A stretch of 64,000 nt of DNA from an uncultured virus (IMG/VR IMGVR_UViG_3300014350_000183). Lineage: Duplodnaviria; Heunggongvirae; Uroviricota; Caudoviricetes. The translations under genes were made by a program, and so were the position numbers. This document shows, piece after piece, positions 9,189 to 19,238 of the stretch (position 1 is the first letter of the stretch; every line of letters begins with the position of its first letter). The DNA lies in IMG/VR virus record IMGVR_UViG_3300014350_000183, one strand, 5' to 3'. The notes under the pieces are model-generated. The model searched no databases. It saw only the letters and a list, made by a program, of their open reading frames with translations, and was not told the origin of the DNA.

Positions 9189-10994
9189 ATGAACGATTCA
9201 TCAACCAAACAAACGTCCCAAAACGGTGTTCATGGGGCAAATGGCACAAATTCCGCCAATGGAAGTACGATTTTAGCCCCAGAATCAGACGTAACGCTGG
9301 TCGCAGACACAACAATCCCCAATTTTGACATGCGCGGTGAAAGCAATCCGTGGGCTACTGCACGTAGCATCGTCACCATGACAGACGATACGGTCAAACG
9401 GATTAAACTGCTGGCGCAAATGTTTGAAGCCAGTAGCTTTAACAACTCACGAAACCCTCTGAAGCAAGGGGATTATTTCCTCATCATGCTCAAAGGCTTG
9501 GCAGTCGGATTAGACCCCATCATCGCCGTAGATTTTATCTCAGTCATACAAGGCAAACCTGTCATCGATGGCAAAGGGCTTTTAGCACTCATCCTCAATG
9601 CCAAACAACGGGGGGATGTCGAAGATATCATCATTGACTCGCAAGAGGAATATTGCGCCGTCACCATCAAACGCAGAGGGATGACTCCGCACACGGAAAC
9701 ATTTACCCTAGCAGACGCTCGGCGCATGAAAACCACCACATGGGAAAGTGGGCAAAAGAAAACAATCCCACTTATCGAAAAAGACAATTGGCAACAACAA
9801 CCACGCACCATGTTAAAGTGGCGGGCAGTCGCCGCCTGTGCGCGGGCGCATTGTGCCGACATCATTGGGGGGTTATACAGCAAAGAAGAAATAACAGATG
9901 GCGATATTGAGGTCTTAGAAGATGGGACTATGAATTTATTAGTGCCACCGCCCAAACAAAATGCACCTGCCAATATCACACCATTGCCCGCCAACACTCG
10001 CCCGAAACCAACCAGCAACGGGGCAACGCCTTCTGCACCCCCACCACCGCCCATCGAATACGACCCACTCACAGGCAATGAGGTCAATAGCACTCCCTCA
10101 TCGCCAAAACCCAATGGCGCGACCCCATCATCCACCGAACCCGACCCAAACGACCCTGAAGATATTCGCCATGCGATTCCCTTCTATGGGGCAGACCATT
10201 GGTACATTCAAAATTACAAAGGGTTTGTAAAAACCCTCCGCAAATTTATCACCAATCAAGACTCACTGCTTGACCATGAGGTATCATCAGCAGGGTTACG
10301 TTTGATGGGCATCCAAACATGGAAAACTTACCCCTCTGGCAAAGATGCGTTAATAGCGGTGGAAGCCAAATTTAATGCCACATCTGCACCCAAACCGCAA
10401 TCCACACCAGCATCGAAGCCCACAACGGAATCGAAGCCTCAAACCCCACCCACAGCCCCCAAACCATCGCAGACCGCGCCAGTTCCCGCACCAACACCTG
10501 AACCGACACCCAATTGGCACACCGCATTTGAGGATTGGCTATACACCTATTTCGACATGAAAAGCATCGCCGAATGGGAAGCCAAATCGGGCAAAAGCAT
10601 CGCCGACTATAAAACCCTCGCGGATGCCCAAGCGGATACCACCAACATCGCCAAGATGAATCATTGGGACATCCTAAGCACCACCGCCAAATATTTCAGC
10701 ATTGGGCGCGATACCTATATCGAATTCCATTCACTGTTCACGGTGCGGATGTATGGGCGCTCCAGCAAGTTCAAGCAACAAGTCGGCGATGAATATTATG
10801 CCGAATATGGGGTGGATGCGTGGAAACCCAACGGGGAATATGAAATCGGTTTGTTACGGGTGTCATGGAAACCCAATGAGAAAGGATTGGCTATTGCTCA
10901 TACTGTGACAGTTCTGGGAGATGGGGAAGGGGATGATTATCCCTCTGACCTGACACCAGAGGAAGAAGAGGCTTTGGCAAATGTGCCAATGTAA
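9189..10994 (+). CDS. RecT/Bet-like single-strand annealing recombinase with Pro-rich linkers and acidic C-terminus
   Basis: ISVIQGKPVI...NWQQQPRTMLKWRAVAACARAHCADIIGGLYSKEE is a phage RecT-like signature. Confidence 0.75.
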   Translation: MNDSSTKQTSQNGVHGANGTNSANGSTILAPESDVTLVADTTIPNFDMRGESNPWATARSIVTMTDDTVKRIKLLAQMFEASSFNNSRNPLKQGDYFLIMLKGLAVGLDPIIAVDFISVIQGKPVIDGKGLLALILNAKQRGDVEDIIIDSQEEYCAVTIKRRGMTPHTETFTLADARRMKTTTWESGQKKTIPLIEKDNWQQQPRTMLKWRAVAACARAHCADIIGGLYSKEEITDGDIEVLEDGTMNLLVPPPKQNAPANITPLPANTRPKPTSNGATPSAPPPPPIEYDPLTGNEVNSTPSSPKPNGATPSSTEPDPNDPEDIRHAIPFYGADHWYIQNYKGFVKTLRKFITNQDSLLDHEVSSAGLRLMGIQTWKTYPSGKDALIAVEAKFNATSAPKPQSTPASKPTTESKPQTPPTAPKPSQTAPVPAPTPEPTPNWHTAFEDWLYTYFDMKSIAEWEAKSGKSIADYKTLADAQADTTNIAKMNHWDILSTTAKYFSIGRDTYIEFHSLFTVRMYGRSSKFKQQVGDEYYAEYGVDAWKPNGEYEIGLLRVSWKPNEKGLAIAHTVTVLGDGEGDDYPSDLTPEEEEALANVPM

Positions 10995-11234
10995 ATATAG
11001 GCGATGAAAGATGTGTCTCTTGCAGAATATTGTGCTAAAGATAATTTTATGTTAAAGTTGTCTTTATATCGCTCTGAGCCTAAAACGAAAAAACGCCTGT
11101 GTCCAACAGCAGGCGGAAAAGCTCACAGTGATAAGTCTATTTTTGCAAGAGGCACTCGCAATGCCTCATGTCTTTTAGTGTACCCAATTTTTGGTTATAT
11201 GTCAAATTCAATTTGGCATTTTTAATCTAGGAGT

Positions 11235-12560
11235 ATGGTAATGGGTTATAAAGCAATGGAATGGGTGGTCAGAAATTGCCAGCAAACGGGGTCTAAAAAG
11301 CTGGCAATGATGATATTAGCATTCCACTCAGACGATAAAGGGGAGTGCTTCCCGTCACTCGAAACCCTATCAAATGAGGTGGTTGTCAATGAGCGCCAAA
11401 TGCGGGCTATTCTACGTGAATTAGAGACATCGGGCGAAATTGAAACGAAAACGGGCGGTGGAAGGCGCACAAACACCTATCGCATTCTAGGGTATATTCG
11501 AGATTCAAAATCCGATTTAACCGCCTCAGAGGGGCAGAGAATAACCCCTGTTGAGAACTGCCCCTCTAGTCATACATATACAGAAAACAACCTCTCTGGG
11601 GGGGCATCTACAACCCCTGTTATATCGCGCCCCTCTAACGGTGACATACAGAAAACAACCTCTCTGGGGGGGCATCTACAACCTCTCTCAGGGGCAGAAA
11701 ATAACCTCTCTGGGGGGTTATTGGCAACCCCCGAATTAAAATATAATATAAATTCAAGTACCATAGAAGAAACAAAACCCATTAAAAACAATGTCGCCCC
11801 CGTCGGTGACGACACGCAACAAACATATTTGCCAGAATCAACACACCCCCCACAGCTTACACAATCGGGTAACGCAAATATGTCGCAATCCTCCGACCAA
11901 ACAGGGACAACCTACCAACCCGCAACGCCTGTTATTGTCGCCGTTGAAGGGATGCCAACCAACTCGGATACGACCAAACCCAATTCAAAGCCAAGCAGTA
12001 AACCAACCCCCCCTGTAGTCCCCCCCGCCGACTCGCCCAAAGTGCGGACGCTCAGTGACCATCAACTCATGGTGAGTGCAATTGCGAAGGCGTTTGGGTG
12101 GGATTTTGCCATCATGACCAAGAGCAATAAAAAACTGGTCGGAAAAGTGGCGAGCGAACTGCGTGAGGCTGGCGCGACAGCCGATGACATCCCCGCGCTG
12201 TATGCGTATTGCAAAAATCAAAATTGGGGTGGCAAATGGACACCAATGGCATTATCCAGCCAATGGGCAAATTTCGTGGCAGATAAAGCCACCTCATCGG
12301 CATCAGTTTATCAAACCGAAAATGGCATGATTTTCCCCGTGTATGTCCCGCCAGCAGATTACAAACCGTTGTTTGATTACAGCGCGTTAACTGTGGCTAT
12401 TGCCGAATCTCCCCCGCAAAGTGATGTAAATGCCAATATTACCCCCGCAGAAACCGTAGAGGGCATTAAAGCCCTAATTAGCGAATTCGCCAAGCGAATG
12501 GATATTCCTGTGATGGATTTAGACCCAAACGACCCAATGAATGAGGTGTTACCATGGTAA
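11235..12560 (+). CDS. Phage replication initiator (N-terminal HTH_36-type wHTH)
   Basis: CFPSLETLSNEVVVNERQMRAILRELETSGEI...RRTNTY; internal iterons; directly upstream of dnaB. Confidence 0.85.
   Translation: MVMGYKAMEWVVRNCQQTGSKKLAMMILAFHSDDKGECFPSLETLSNEVVVNERQMRAILRELETSGEIETKTGGGRRTNTYRILGYIRDSKSDLTASEGQRITPVENCPSSHTYTENNLSGGASTTPVISRPSNGDIQKTTSLGGHLQPLSGAENNLSGGLLATPELKYNINSSTIEETKPIKNNVAPVGDDTQQTYLPESTHPPQLTQSGNANMSQSSDQTGTTYQPATPVIVAVEGMPTNSDTTKPNSKPSSKPTPPVVPPADSPKVRTLSDHQLMVSAIAKAFGWDFAIMTKSNKKLVGKVASELREAGATADDIPALYAYCKNQNWGGKWTPMALSSQWANFVADKATSSASVYQTENGMIFPVYVPPADYKPLFDYSALTVAIAESPPQSDVNANITPAETVEGIKALISEFAKRMDIPVMDLDPNDPMNEVLPW
11528..11760 (+). repeat. Iteron array and AT-rich tract: probable replication origin inside the initiator gene
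   Basis: Exact 38-bp direct repeat at 11578-11615 and 11646-11683; several GGGGCA-N6/7-AACC(C/T)CT units; AT-rich stretch at about 11734-11760. Confidence 0.8.
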
Positions 12561-13939
12561 ACGATACAAAACCGAATCGCCAACGACCAGTGCCAGTGCC
12601 AGTCTCAAAACCTGTTGCAAAATCAAACGACATGGCAGTGATAGAATACCCATACAGCCAAGAGGCAGAAGAAGCCGTCATTGGGAGCATCCTGATTGAC
12701 GAGCAGGTGTATTATAAATTGGCAACCTACCTCACCGCCAACTCGTTTTTCTTCCCACGCCACATCTACATCTGGGAGGCGATGGACGCCCTCGTGGATG
12801 AGGGGAGCGCCATAGATACACTGACCATCGGGGATAAACTCAAGGCAATGCGCCGTTTTGATGATGTCGGGCGCGATGCGTATTTAACCCATTTGTTGAC
12901 CAGCATCGCCACATCGCACAATGTCGAGGTGTATGCCAAAATCGTGCAGAGCAATGCGGCGCGACGGATGCTACTCCAATTGGCAGACGAAACAAAACGC
13001 ATGGCAATGGATGCCAACATCAGCATCACAGAGCTAATCGCCAGTGTAAGCGAAGCGGTAGACAAGACCGCAGGGCAATTAATGACCCCAGAAATTGCCC
13101 CCATCGGCAAATACCTGAATGGGCTATTAGACAGGATTGAAAGCAATACAAAATCCAACGGTCAAACCCAACTTATCCCGACTGGTTTATCGGCGTTAGA
13201 TGCGATTATTGGCGGGTATCAACGCAAAAAGGTGACATTGGTCGCAGGGCGCACGCATAACGGTAAATCTACACTCGCATACACATCGGTCATCGCTTGC
13301 GCCAAAATGGGTAAATCGGTGGCGCTATACAACACAGCAGACGGGGATGCTGAATCGGTGCTGATGTCGTTATTGTCTGTCGAATCAGGTGTTAGCACCC
13401 TCGCCATGAAAACGGGTGTTACCTCAGAACAATATCAGGCAATTGTTGGGGCGGCAGGGCGATTGGCAAAATTGCCAATATTTATCAAATCAGATAAAGA
13501 CCTCACCCCACGCGGATTGTATTTGCACGCGCGTGCCGTCCAATTCGTGCATGGATTAGACATGATTTTTGTGGATTATATCCAAGCGATGAAGGGCGGA
13601 CCGAACCAAACAGACTACGAGCGCCACTCATACATCGCCCAAGCATTGGATAACATCGCCAATAAACTCAATGTAGCGATGATAGAGATGGCACAAATTA
13701 ACCGCACAGGCGCGAAGAAGGCGATACCGGGGCTAGATGACATTGAGGGCAGTGGTAAATATGAGCAATATGCAGAGGTGGGGGCGATAGCCTATAACGA
13801 ATCCCTGTATAAACCAGAAGCCGACCCCAACAAAATGGCGTTTATCATCCAAAAGAACCGTGTTACGGGACGAACAGGGACGGCTATTGCCCATAAAAAT
13901 CCATATACCACAGCCCTAACAGATTGGCATGGGGATTAG
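12554..13939 (+). CDS. dnaB: Replicative DNA helicase, DnaB family
   Basis: PYSQEAEEAVIGSIL, Walker A AGRTHNGKS, FVDYIQ, AQINR, GSGKYEQYAE, KNR. Confidence 0.93.
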   Translation: MVNDTKPNRQRPVPVPVSKPVAKSNDMAVIEYPYSQEAEEAVIGSILIDEQVYYKLATYLTANSFFFPRHIYIWEAMDALVDEGSAIDTLTIGDKLKAMRRFDDVGRDAYLTHLLTSIATSHNVEVYAKIVQSNAARRMLLQLADETKRMAMDANISITELIASVSEAVDKTAGQLMTPEIAPIGKYLNGLLDRIESNTKSNGQTQLIPTGLSALDAIIGGYQRKKVTLVAGRTHNGKSTLAYTSVIACAKMGKSVALYNTADGDAESVLMSLLSVESGVSTLAMKTGVTSEQYQAIVGAAGRLAKLPIFIKSDKDLTPRGLYLHARAVQFVHGLDMIFVDYIQAMKGGPNQTDYERHSYIAQALDNIANKLNVAMIEMAQINRTGAKKAIPGLDDIEGSGKYEQYAEVGAIAYNESLYKPEADPNKMAFIIQKNRVTGRTGTAIAHKNPYTTALTDWHGD

Positions 13940-13943
13940 GCGC

Positions 13944-13974
13944 AAAAAAACCTCTGCATCACAGAGGCTTCTTT
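13944..13974. terminator. Intrinsic terminator-like hairpin after dnaB
   Basis: A7-CCTCTG-catca-CAGAGG-cttcttt. Confidence 0.6.
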
Positions 13975-14033
13975 GCACCTTTATTTCTTAACTAAGAGTC
14001 TATCAAATGTTCGACAAATTGTCAATGAATGCC

Positions 14034-14062
14034 TTGCAATATCACTAATTTAGTGATATAAT
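14034..14062 (+). promoter_or_regulatory. Sigma70 promoter with a palindromic operator in the spacer
   Basis: TTGCAA, 17 nt, TATAAT; palindrome ATATCACTA-att-TAGTGATAT. Confidence 0.8.
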
Positions 14063-14115
14063 CAATGGTGTTGAAACAATAAGATTATCCGACATAACCC
14101 GAAAGCGAGAATGAT

Positions 14116-14364
14116 ATGGCACAACCCTTACAAACAGAAACCGAACAAGAGTGCGTCGTTATCCCCCGTCCGTATGAATCCCTCAGCACAGAGGATGCGG
14201 TTTGGTTGCGTGACCAATTGGAAATCGTCAATGAACGGGTGAGTGATATTTATGCTCACGACTACGATGCTATCCCCGCAGATTTGGACGGCATCAATTC
14301 GGCATACATCGCCCTCGAAATGGAATTGGCGATGCGCGGTCTGGCAGATGAGGATGGTGAATAA
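14116..14364 (+). CDS. Small acidic hypothetical protein
   Basis: First ORF after the promoter; coupled to the next gene. Confidence 0.7.
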   Translation: MAQPLQTETEQECVVIPRPYESLSTEDAVWLRDQLEIVNERVSDIYAHDYDAIPADLDGINSAYIALEMELAMRGLADEDGE

Positions 14365-14831
14365 TGGTCATCAAAGTGGAATATCCCCTCACCATCATGA
14401 CAGACCCCGACACATTGTTGGCGGTAAAAGTCGGGCATCCAGAAGCGATGAAAGCCCTGAATGCCAAACTCACCACCCTCGAAGAAGAATCGGCGGTTGC
14501 CCTCGCGCAAGTGAACGACTTGCTCAATGACGGGTACACCATGATTTTCCGTGAACGGGTGCAAACTGGCACCGGTGAAACATTGCACCTGTTCTTTTAT
14601 CGTCCACCGCTCCCCGCCGAAACAGTCGAGCAAACCGCCATCAAAGAAGCGATACGGCTGTACAACAACCCGCCAGCGAACAATAGGGGAGGTGGACATC
14701 CAAAGGAACACCCCGATACGATTCGGTTGAATGCGGTGATGGATTGCCTGTTTAAGACAGGGATTTATCCAGATGCCACCAACGATGACACGCAAAAACT
14801 CGCGGTCAATATTGAGGAGGTGGGATGGTGA
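14364..14831 (+). CDS. Hypothetical protein
   Basis: TAATG coupling; GAGG SD. Confidence 0.7.
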   Translation: MVIKVEYPLTIMTDPDTLLAVKVGHPEAMKALNAKLTTLEEESAVALAQVNDLLNDGYTMIFRERVQTGTGETLHLFFYRPPLPAETVEQTAIKEAIRLYNNPPANNRGGGHPKEHPDTIRLNAVMDCLFKTGIYPDATNDDTQKLAVNIEEVGW

Positions 14832-14956
14832 TGAAACTCGAAATCCCAACCATTGTACTCATTGTATTGGTGCTAGTAGTGGGCTTGCTGATGGATAGCA
14901 AGCGCCCACGCGCCACCATGAAGCAAGTAGACCGCGCCATTTTTGACGGAAAGTAG
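14831..14956 (+). CDS. Small single-pass membrane peptide (41 aa; not in the ORF track)
   Basis: TGATG coupling; MKLEIPTIVLIVLVLVVGLLMDSKRPR...; fills the gap before the next ORF. Confidence 0.6.
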   Translation: MKLEIPTIVLIVLVLVVGLLMDSKRPRATMKQVDRAIFDGK

Positions 14957-14964
14957 GTGGTGAT

Positions 14965-15564
14965 ATGGACAAGATTAAGGTGGAAATTAGCACCGAAAAA
15001 GACGGGCAATCTCAATCCAAAATGCTAGACATGGTGCAAATTGGCACGTCCTACTATATGGCAGGATATGGCAAAACGGACAGCATCGAAGCCATGATGG
15101 TGAAAATTATCAATCGGCGGGTGAACTCAGCGTTTAGCGTCCGCATTTGGATAGGGCGATTCGTCATTGAACTGGTATACACCAGCACGCCAGAGACCAA
15201 ATTGTGCGGGTATCTATTCACCCTGCGACATGATGGAGTCATCCTCAGCACTGTCACCGAGAGTCAGGTGCATTATCGGTCAGCCACCCGCAACATCCAA
15301 AAGCAAATGGGGGTATGGCTGAAATGGGCGCGATTCACATTTGACCCCAAGAGCCACATCTTCCAATCGTATGGGGTGCTATGGGCGGAGCATGTGACCG
15401 ACATCGCCTCATGGAAAGCGTGGGTGTGGGATTCATTCTCGCGGGGTGGAGTCGCACACATCAAATCCTTAGACGATGCGTGGGAACGCCAAGAAGCCAC
15501 CCTCATTCCGTTAATTGAAGGTGTTATCCAAGAGGTGAAGCATGAACTCGCAAAAACCGCTTAA
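14965..15564 (+). CDS. Hypothetical protein
   Basis: AGGTGG SD; operonic. Confidence 0.7.
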   Translation: MDKIKVEISTEKDGQSQSKMLDMVQIGTSYYMAGYGKTDSIEAMMVKIINRRVNSAFSVRIWIGRFVIELVYTSTPETKLCGYLFTLRHDGVILSTVTESQVHYRSATRNIQKQMGVWLKWARFTFDPKSHIFQSYGVLWAEHVTDIASWKAWVWDSFSRGGVAHIKSLDDAWERQEATLIPLIEGVIQEVKHELAKTA

Positions 15565-16159
15565 AGAATTTTGTCACATGGATGTAGAAACAGATGGACT
15601 CGCTATGAACGCCTTAGCGGATGTGTATAACGAAGGGTGGGAATTATTTGCCCCGCCAGCGTGGGATGCCAATTCGCAGGTATGGCGAGTATTGTTGTGT
15701 CGGGATAAAGCCATCGCGCCAGTGCTTACACCAGAGCCGACCGGCAAACCGACTCTCATTAGTGAGGCGCTCCCTGTCACACCGCCAGCGCCCGTCACCG
15801 AGCAACCGATTATTCCACCTGCACCCGTCCCAGAGCCAACCACCGACCAACCTGAAGCGGAATCGGTGGATGAGGCACACGCTGAAGATACGCCAGCTCC
15901 CAAAGTAGATGAGCATCCTATCCTCATCGTGATGACGACAACAGATGACTCCTCTATGGATTTTGAGGCAGAGGTGCGCCGTATCCGCGCGGATAAATCC
16001 CTTTCGCCAATGGAGAAAGTGGAAGCCACTAAAGAAGCAGGGGATGCGATTATAGTGGCTAAAGCACGAATCGCGTATGAAAACGCGATAGATGCGTGGA
16101 ATCGCCTGTATCCTGTTACCACCCCTTCCTTCTTGTTGCCCGCAGAGGTGGAAGCATGA
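15542..16159 (+). CDS. Hypothetical Pro-rich protein
   Basis: GAGGTG SD; overlaps both neighbours. Confidence 0.7.
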   Translation: MNSQKPLKEFCHMDVETDGLAMNALADVYNEGWELFAPPAWDANSQVWRVLLCRDKAIAPVLTPEPTGKPTLISEALPVTPPAPVTEQPIIPPAPVPEPTTDQPEAESVDEAHAEDTPAPKVDEHPILIVMTTTDDSSMDFEAEVRRIRADKSLSPMEKVEATKEAGDAIIVAKARIAYENAIDAWNRLYPVTTPSFLLPAEVEA

Positions 16160-16671
16160 AACTACCACAACTGCCCCCAATTACCGAGCAACAAATTCAA
16201 TCTATCATGGATGGTTTGGATATGATGACATGGATGGAACAAGGGACTTTCACCAGTCCAGAGAATATGAAAGCCATGTTGGAACACGGCATGGCAATGT
16301 ATGCCCCCAATGACAGTTCCCTCAAAGGGTATCTGGAAGAACTGTGGACACGGGTGGAAGGCAATTTTATCACCACAGGTAAAGCGGTGTCGTGGATTGC
16401 AATGCAAGAAGCGATGATAGATGAACTGAAGAAAGAACGGGATTCCCTAATTGAAATCGGCTATGAGTCCTGCGAGATGGAACTCATGGGACAAGAACAA
16501 AGCCAAGTGATGGATGCGCTTATGGCTTGTGGCTGTGATGAAGAGGCAGTAGACATCTTTGTGCAAACCCTATACGGCGGTGAATTTGACCCCCACGCCC
16601 AAAAGCTGATACGAAAGTTAGTTGCCCATGTTTACGCGGTAGAAATGGAGAAACTGGAATATGTCGAATGA
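16156..16671 (+). CDS. Hypothetical acidic protein (paralogue of the next gene)
   Basis: ATGA overlap; aligns by eye with 16661-17197. Confidence 0.7.
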   Translation: MKLPQLPPITEQQIQSIMDGLDMMTWMEQGTFTSPENMKAMLEHGMAMYAPNDSSLKGYLEELWTRVEGNFITTGKAVSWIAMQEAMIDELKKERDSLIEIGYESCEMELMGQEQSQVMDALMACGCDEEAVDIFVQTLYGGEFDPHAQKLIRKLVAHVYAVEMEKLEYVE

Positions 16672-17197
16672 TGCACCCACAATCACCCAAGACCAAATCA
16701 ATGCCGTGATGACGACCATCACCGCCAAACTCGGCGGGGTGTTCGTCACCCCCTCTGCCATCGAACCCATCTTAGAGGGTATGGTGAATGAGAATAACGC
16801 CCTCGCGCCCATTGCCAATACGGTGTGGGACATCACCCAACGGATGCACGCCCAAACTGGCGAAGCCCTCACCCTGGTAGCGATGCAAAAGGTGATGATG
16901 GAAGAAATCCAAGCACAACGCAATTTTGCAATCAGCAAAGCCACAATTGAGGGGTGGGATAGCGGATTTAAGGACGGACTTCATGCTTCGGAAGAAATGC
17001 GTGAGGAATGGCAGTTCAGCTTTTTTCAAGGTGTGGCGGATAACGAAATCGAAGGGCTTGAAGAAGAGCAGGTTTTAGACTTTGCCGAAATCTTCTACGA
17101 AGGTCATTTGGACGACACCGCCAAAAAAATGCTATATGACCTCATTATTTATGTTCACCAGAAATATTTGGATGAATTGGCAGAGGTGGAAATTTAA
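16661..17197 (+). CDS. Hypothetical acidic protein (paralogue of the previous gene)
   Basis: Shares P.IT..QI...M, TG.A...AMQ..M..E and F....Y.G..D..A.K motifs with 16156-16671. Confidence 0.7.
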   Translation: MSNDAPTITQDQINAVMTTITAKLGGVFVTPSAIEPILEGMVNENNALAPIANTVWDITQRMHAQTGEALTLVAMQKVMMEEIQAQRNFAISKATIEGWDSGFKDGLHASEEMREEWQFSFFQGVADNEIEGLEEEQVLDFAEIFYEGHLDDTAKKMLYDLIIYVHQKYLDELAEVEI

Positions 17198-17200
17198 GTC

Positions 17201-17920
17201 ATGCTCACCCAGACCGCGCTTCCATTTATTGACCTGCGCCCGTTCTGCCCCGTGTGCAAACAACACACGGACGAGCTGGTGCAGGCATACCCCGTCACCC
17301 CGCGTTTACGGTTGTGTCGGGGATGTTATTCCCGTTTGGGTATCACGATGGATGCGTTTGAAGAATCACCAGCAGGTGAAATTCGCTTCAAAAATACAAC
17401 GGATGACCAAGAAGCCCTCAGCTTGTGGAAAGCGCGGGAACGGGTGCAAATGGTCAAACATGCGCTACAACGATTGACGGCTGGTTGTGTACTGAAGATA
17501 GATGACATCCCCGCCAATTTGGATTTACCCTGCGGGAATCGTCCTAATTGCCCTAAATGCAGGAGAGATGCCCAATACCAAGCAGGCATCCGTCAACAAG
17601 CGCAGACCGTCCGCCACAATCGCGGATTAGCCCCCACAACCATGCCATTTCCTGTGTGTAATCGGTGTGGCGGGGTGCATGATAACCGCATTGAATGGAA
17701 CGGGAATCCTGCCACATATTGCGTGCGATGTGAAGATGAAATCGCCGTTGAAATGCACTACAAGAATCGCCAGATATTCCGCGATGACGAAGGCAATCTC
17801 TTGGATGATGAAGCTATCCTAGACAAACTCGCCACCCATCGCCGTGAATTGTTTGATAGAGGGGTACTCCCCGATTATTGGTATATGCTAAAGGAAGCCA
17901 AATTATGCCAGATGAAATGA
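17201..17920 (+). CDS. Cys-rich zinc-finger protein
   Basis: Multiple CxxC motifs (CPVC, CRGC, CPKC, CNRC, CVRC). Confidence 0.7.
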   Translation: MLTQTALPFIDLRPFCPVCKQHTDELVQAYPVTPRLRLCRGCYSRLGITMDAFEESPAGEIRFKNTTDDQEALSLWKARERVQMVKHALQRLTAGCVLKIDDIPANLDLPCGNRPNCPKCRRDAQYQAGIRQQAQTVRHNRGLAPTTMPFPVCNRCGGVHDNRIEWNGNPATYCVRCEDEIAVEMHYKNRQIFRDDEGNLLDDEAILDKLATHRRELFDRGVLPDYWYMLKEAKLCQMK

Positions 17921-18864
17921 TAACACTCCAAATGAAAGCCATCACCATCCATCAGCCGTGGGCATCGCTCATCGCCAGTGGCGCGAAGCGATACGAAACA
18001 CGCGGATGGAAAACCAACCATCGCGGGCGACTCGCCATCCATGCGGGCAAAGAGTGGAGCAAAGACCACGAACACGCATGGAATAAATTGCGTCGTTCCC
18101 CATATACGATAAGCATCCCCGAAGTCGCGCCACTTGGTGCAATCATCTGTGTGTGTGACCTCGTAGATTGCATCCCTGTGGAACAAATCCGCGACCAATT
18201 ATCGCCACTAGAACGCGAACTGGGCGATTACTCCGATGGGCGCTATGCGTGGGAATTGAAGGTGGTAAAAGTCGCGCCAGCACCGATTCCAATGGCGGGC
18301 AAACAAGGGTTATGGACATGGGAATATGACATGCCCAAACCCAGACCGAAAGCCTTCCTCGATACTGAGACCACAGGCTTAGACGAAAATGCGCGAATCT
18401 GTGAAATTGCAATTGTGGATGAGCATGGGGAAGTCCTGCTCAACACAGTGGTGAATCCGCAAATCCCCATCCCAAAAGAGGCTTCCGCGATTCATAGCAT
18501 CACTGATGCTGTGGTCAAAGATGCCCCCACATTTGATGAATTGTGTTCTCAAATTTTGGATATATTTGCGAAATATGAAATCTGTATTTATAACGCAGAT
18601 TTTGATGCACAGATGATGTGTCAATCCGAGTCTACCAAAACATTCCCAGATATAACATCGGTACGCTCAACTATTTGCCTAATGGAGAAATTCGCCGTCA
18701 TCTATGGGCAATGGAATGATTACCATCAATCCTATACCTTCCAATCGTTGGCGAAGGCATGTGAATACTACGACATCCGCAATCCTCATCCACATCGTGC
18801 ATTGGGTGATGCGCTCACGGCGCGGTTGGTATGGTTGGCGATGAGCAAAAAGGCGGTGCGCTGA
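17905..18864 (+). CDS. ASCH domain fused to a DEDDh 3'-5' exonuclease (DnaQ-like)
   Basis: ASCH: AITIHQPWASLIASGAKRYETRGW...GRLAIHAG...GKQGLW. Exonuclease: FLDTETTGL, YNADFD, HRALGDA. Confidence 0.9.
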   Translation: MPDEMITLQMKAITIHQPWASLIASGAKRYETRGWKTNHRGRLAIHAGKEWSKDHEHAWNKLRRSPYTISIPEVAPLGAIICVCDLVDCIPVEQIRDQLSPLERELGDYSDGRYAWELKVVKVAPAPIPMAGKQGLWTWEYDMPKPRPKAFLDTETTGLDENARICEIAIVDEHGEVLLNTVVNPQIPIPKEASAIHSITDAVVKDAPTFDELCSQILDIFAKYEICIYNADFDAQMMCQSESTKTFPDITSVRSTICLMEKFAVIYGQWNDYHQSYTFQSLAKACEYYDIRNPHPHRALGDALTARLVWLAMSKKAVR

Positions 18865-19061
18865 TGGAAACCTGTCAATATTGTAAGGGGCAATTAATGC
18901 ACTTGAAGAATGAGCAAATCGTTGAATTGTCGGTGATGCGCGTCAAGCGGGTGTTCATCTGCCGTCGGTGCCGTCGACCATCCACCAAGACCGAGATTTA
19001 TATGCTGGTGCGCGGTGTGCCACTCAATGCCGAGATGATGAAAGGGAAGGGCAGTTTGTGA
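18864..19061 (+). CDS. Small zinc-ribbon protein
   Basis: CQYC...CRRC; TGATG coupling. Confidence 0.65.
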   Translation: METCQYCKGQLMHLKNEQIVELSVMRVKRVFICRRCRRPSTKTEIYMLVRGVPLNAEMMKGKGSL

Positions 19062-19225
19062 TGAAGAAAATAGTTATCTTGCTCATGATACGCAATCGAA
19101 AAATGGCATTTAATCGCAGAGCGTATAGTCGGATTTTGCGGGATTGTTTTCTTTGGAATTACCCGCAAATTGACTTACCAATTGAAACACCTATCCCATT
19201 GATGCGTTCACCTTATTTACTTTAG
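19061..19225 (+). CDS. Small hypothetical protein
   Basis: TGATG coupling with the previous ORF. Confidence 0.45.
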   Translation: MKKIVILLMIRNRKMAFNRRAYSRILRDCFLWNYPQIDLPIETPIPLMRSPYLL

Positions 19226-19238
19226 AAAGGATACCTTT

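Noticed and set aside
9473..10135. Long antisense ORFs (for example 9473-10135, 14262-14849, 41686-42354, 47894-48601)
   Set aside because: Shadow ORFs opposite well-supported genes, with no SD or recognisable motifs.
11004..11225. 73-aa ORF between the recombinase and the initiator
   Set aside because: Weak SD, no recognisable motif, and the region contains hairpins; probably a regulatory spacer, though a small gene is not excluded.
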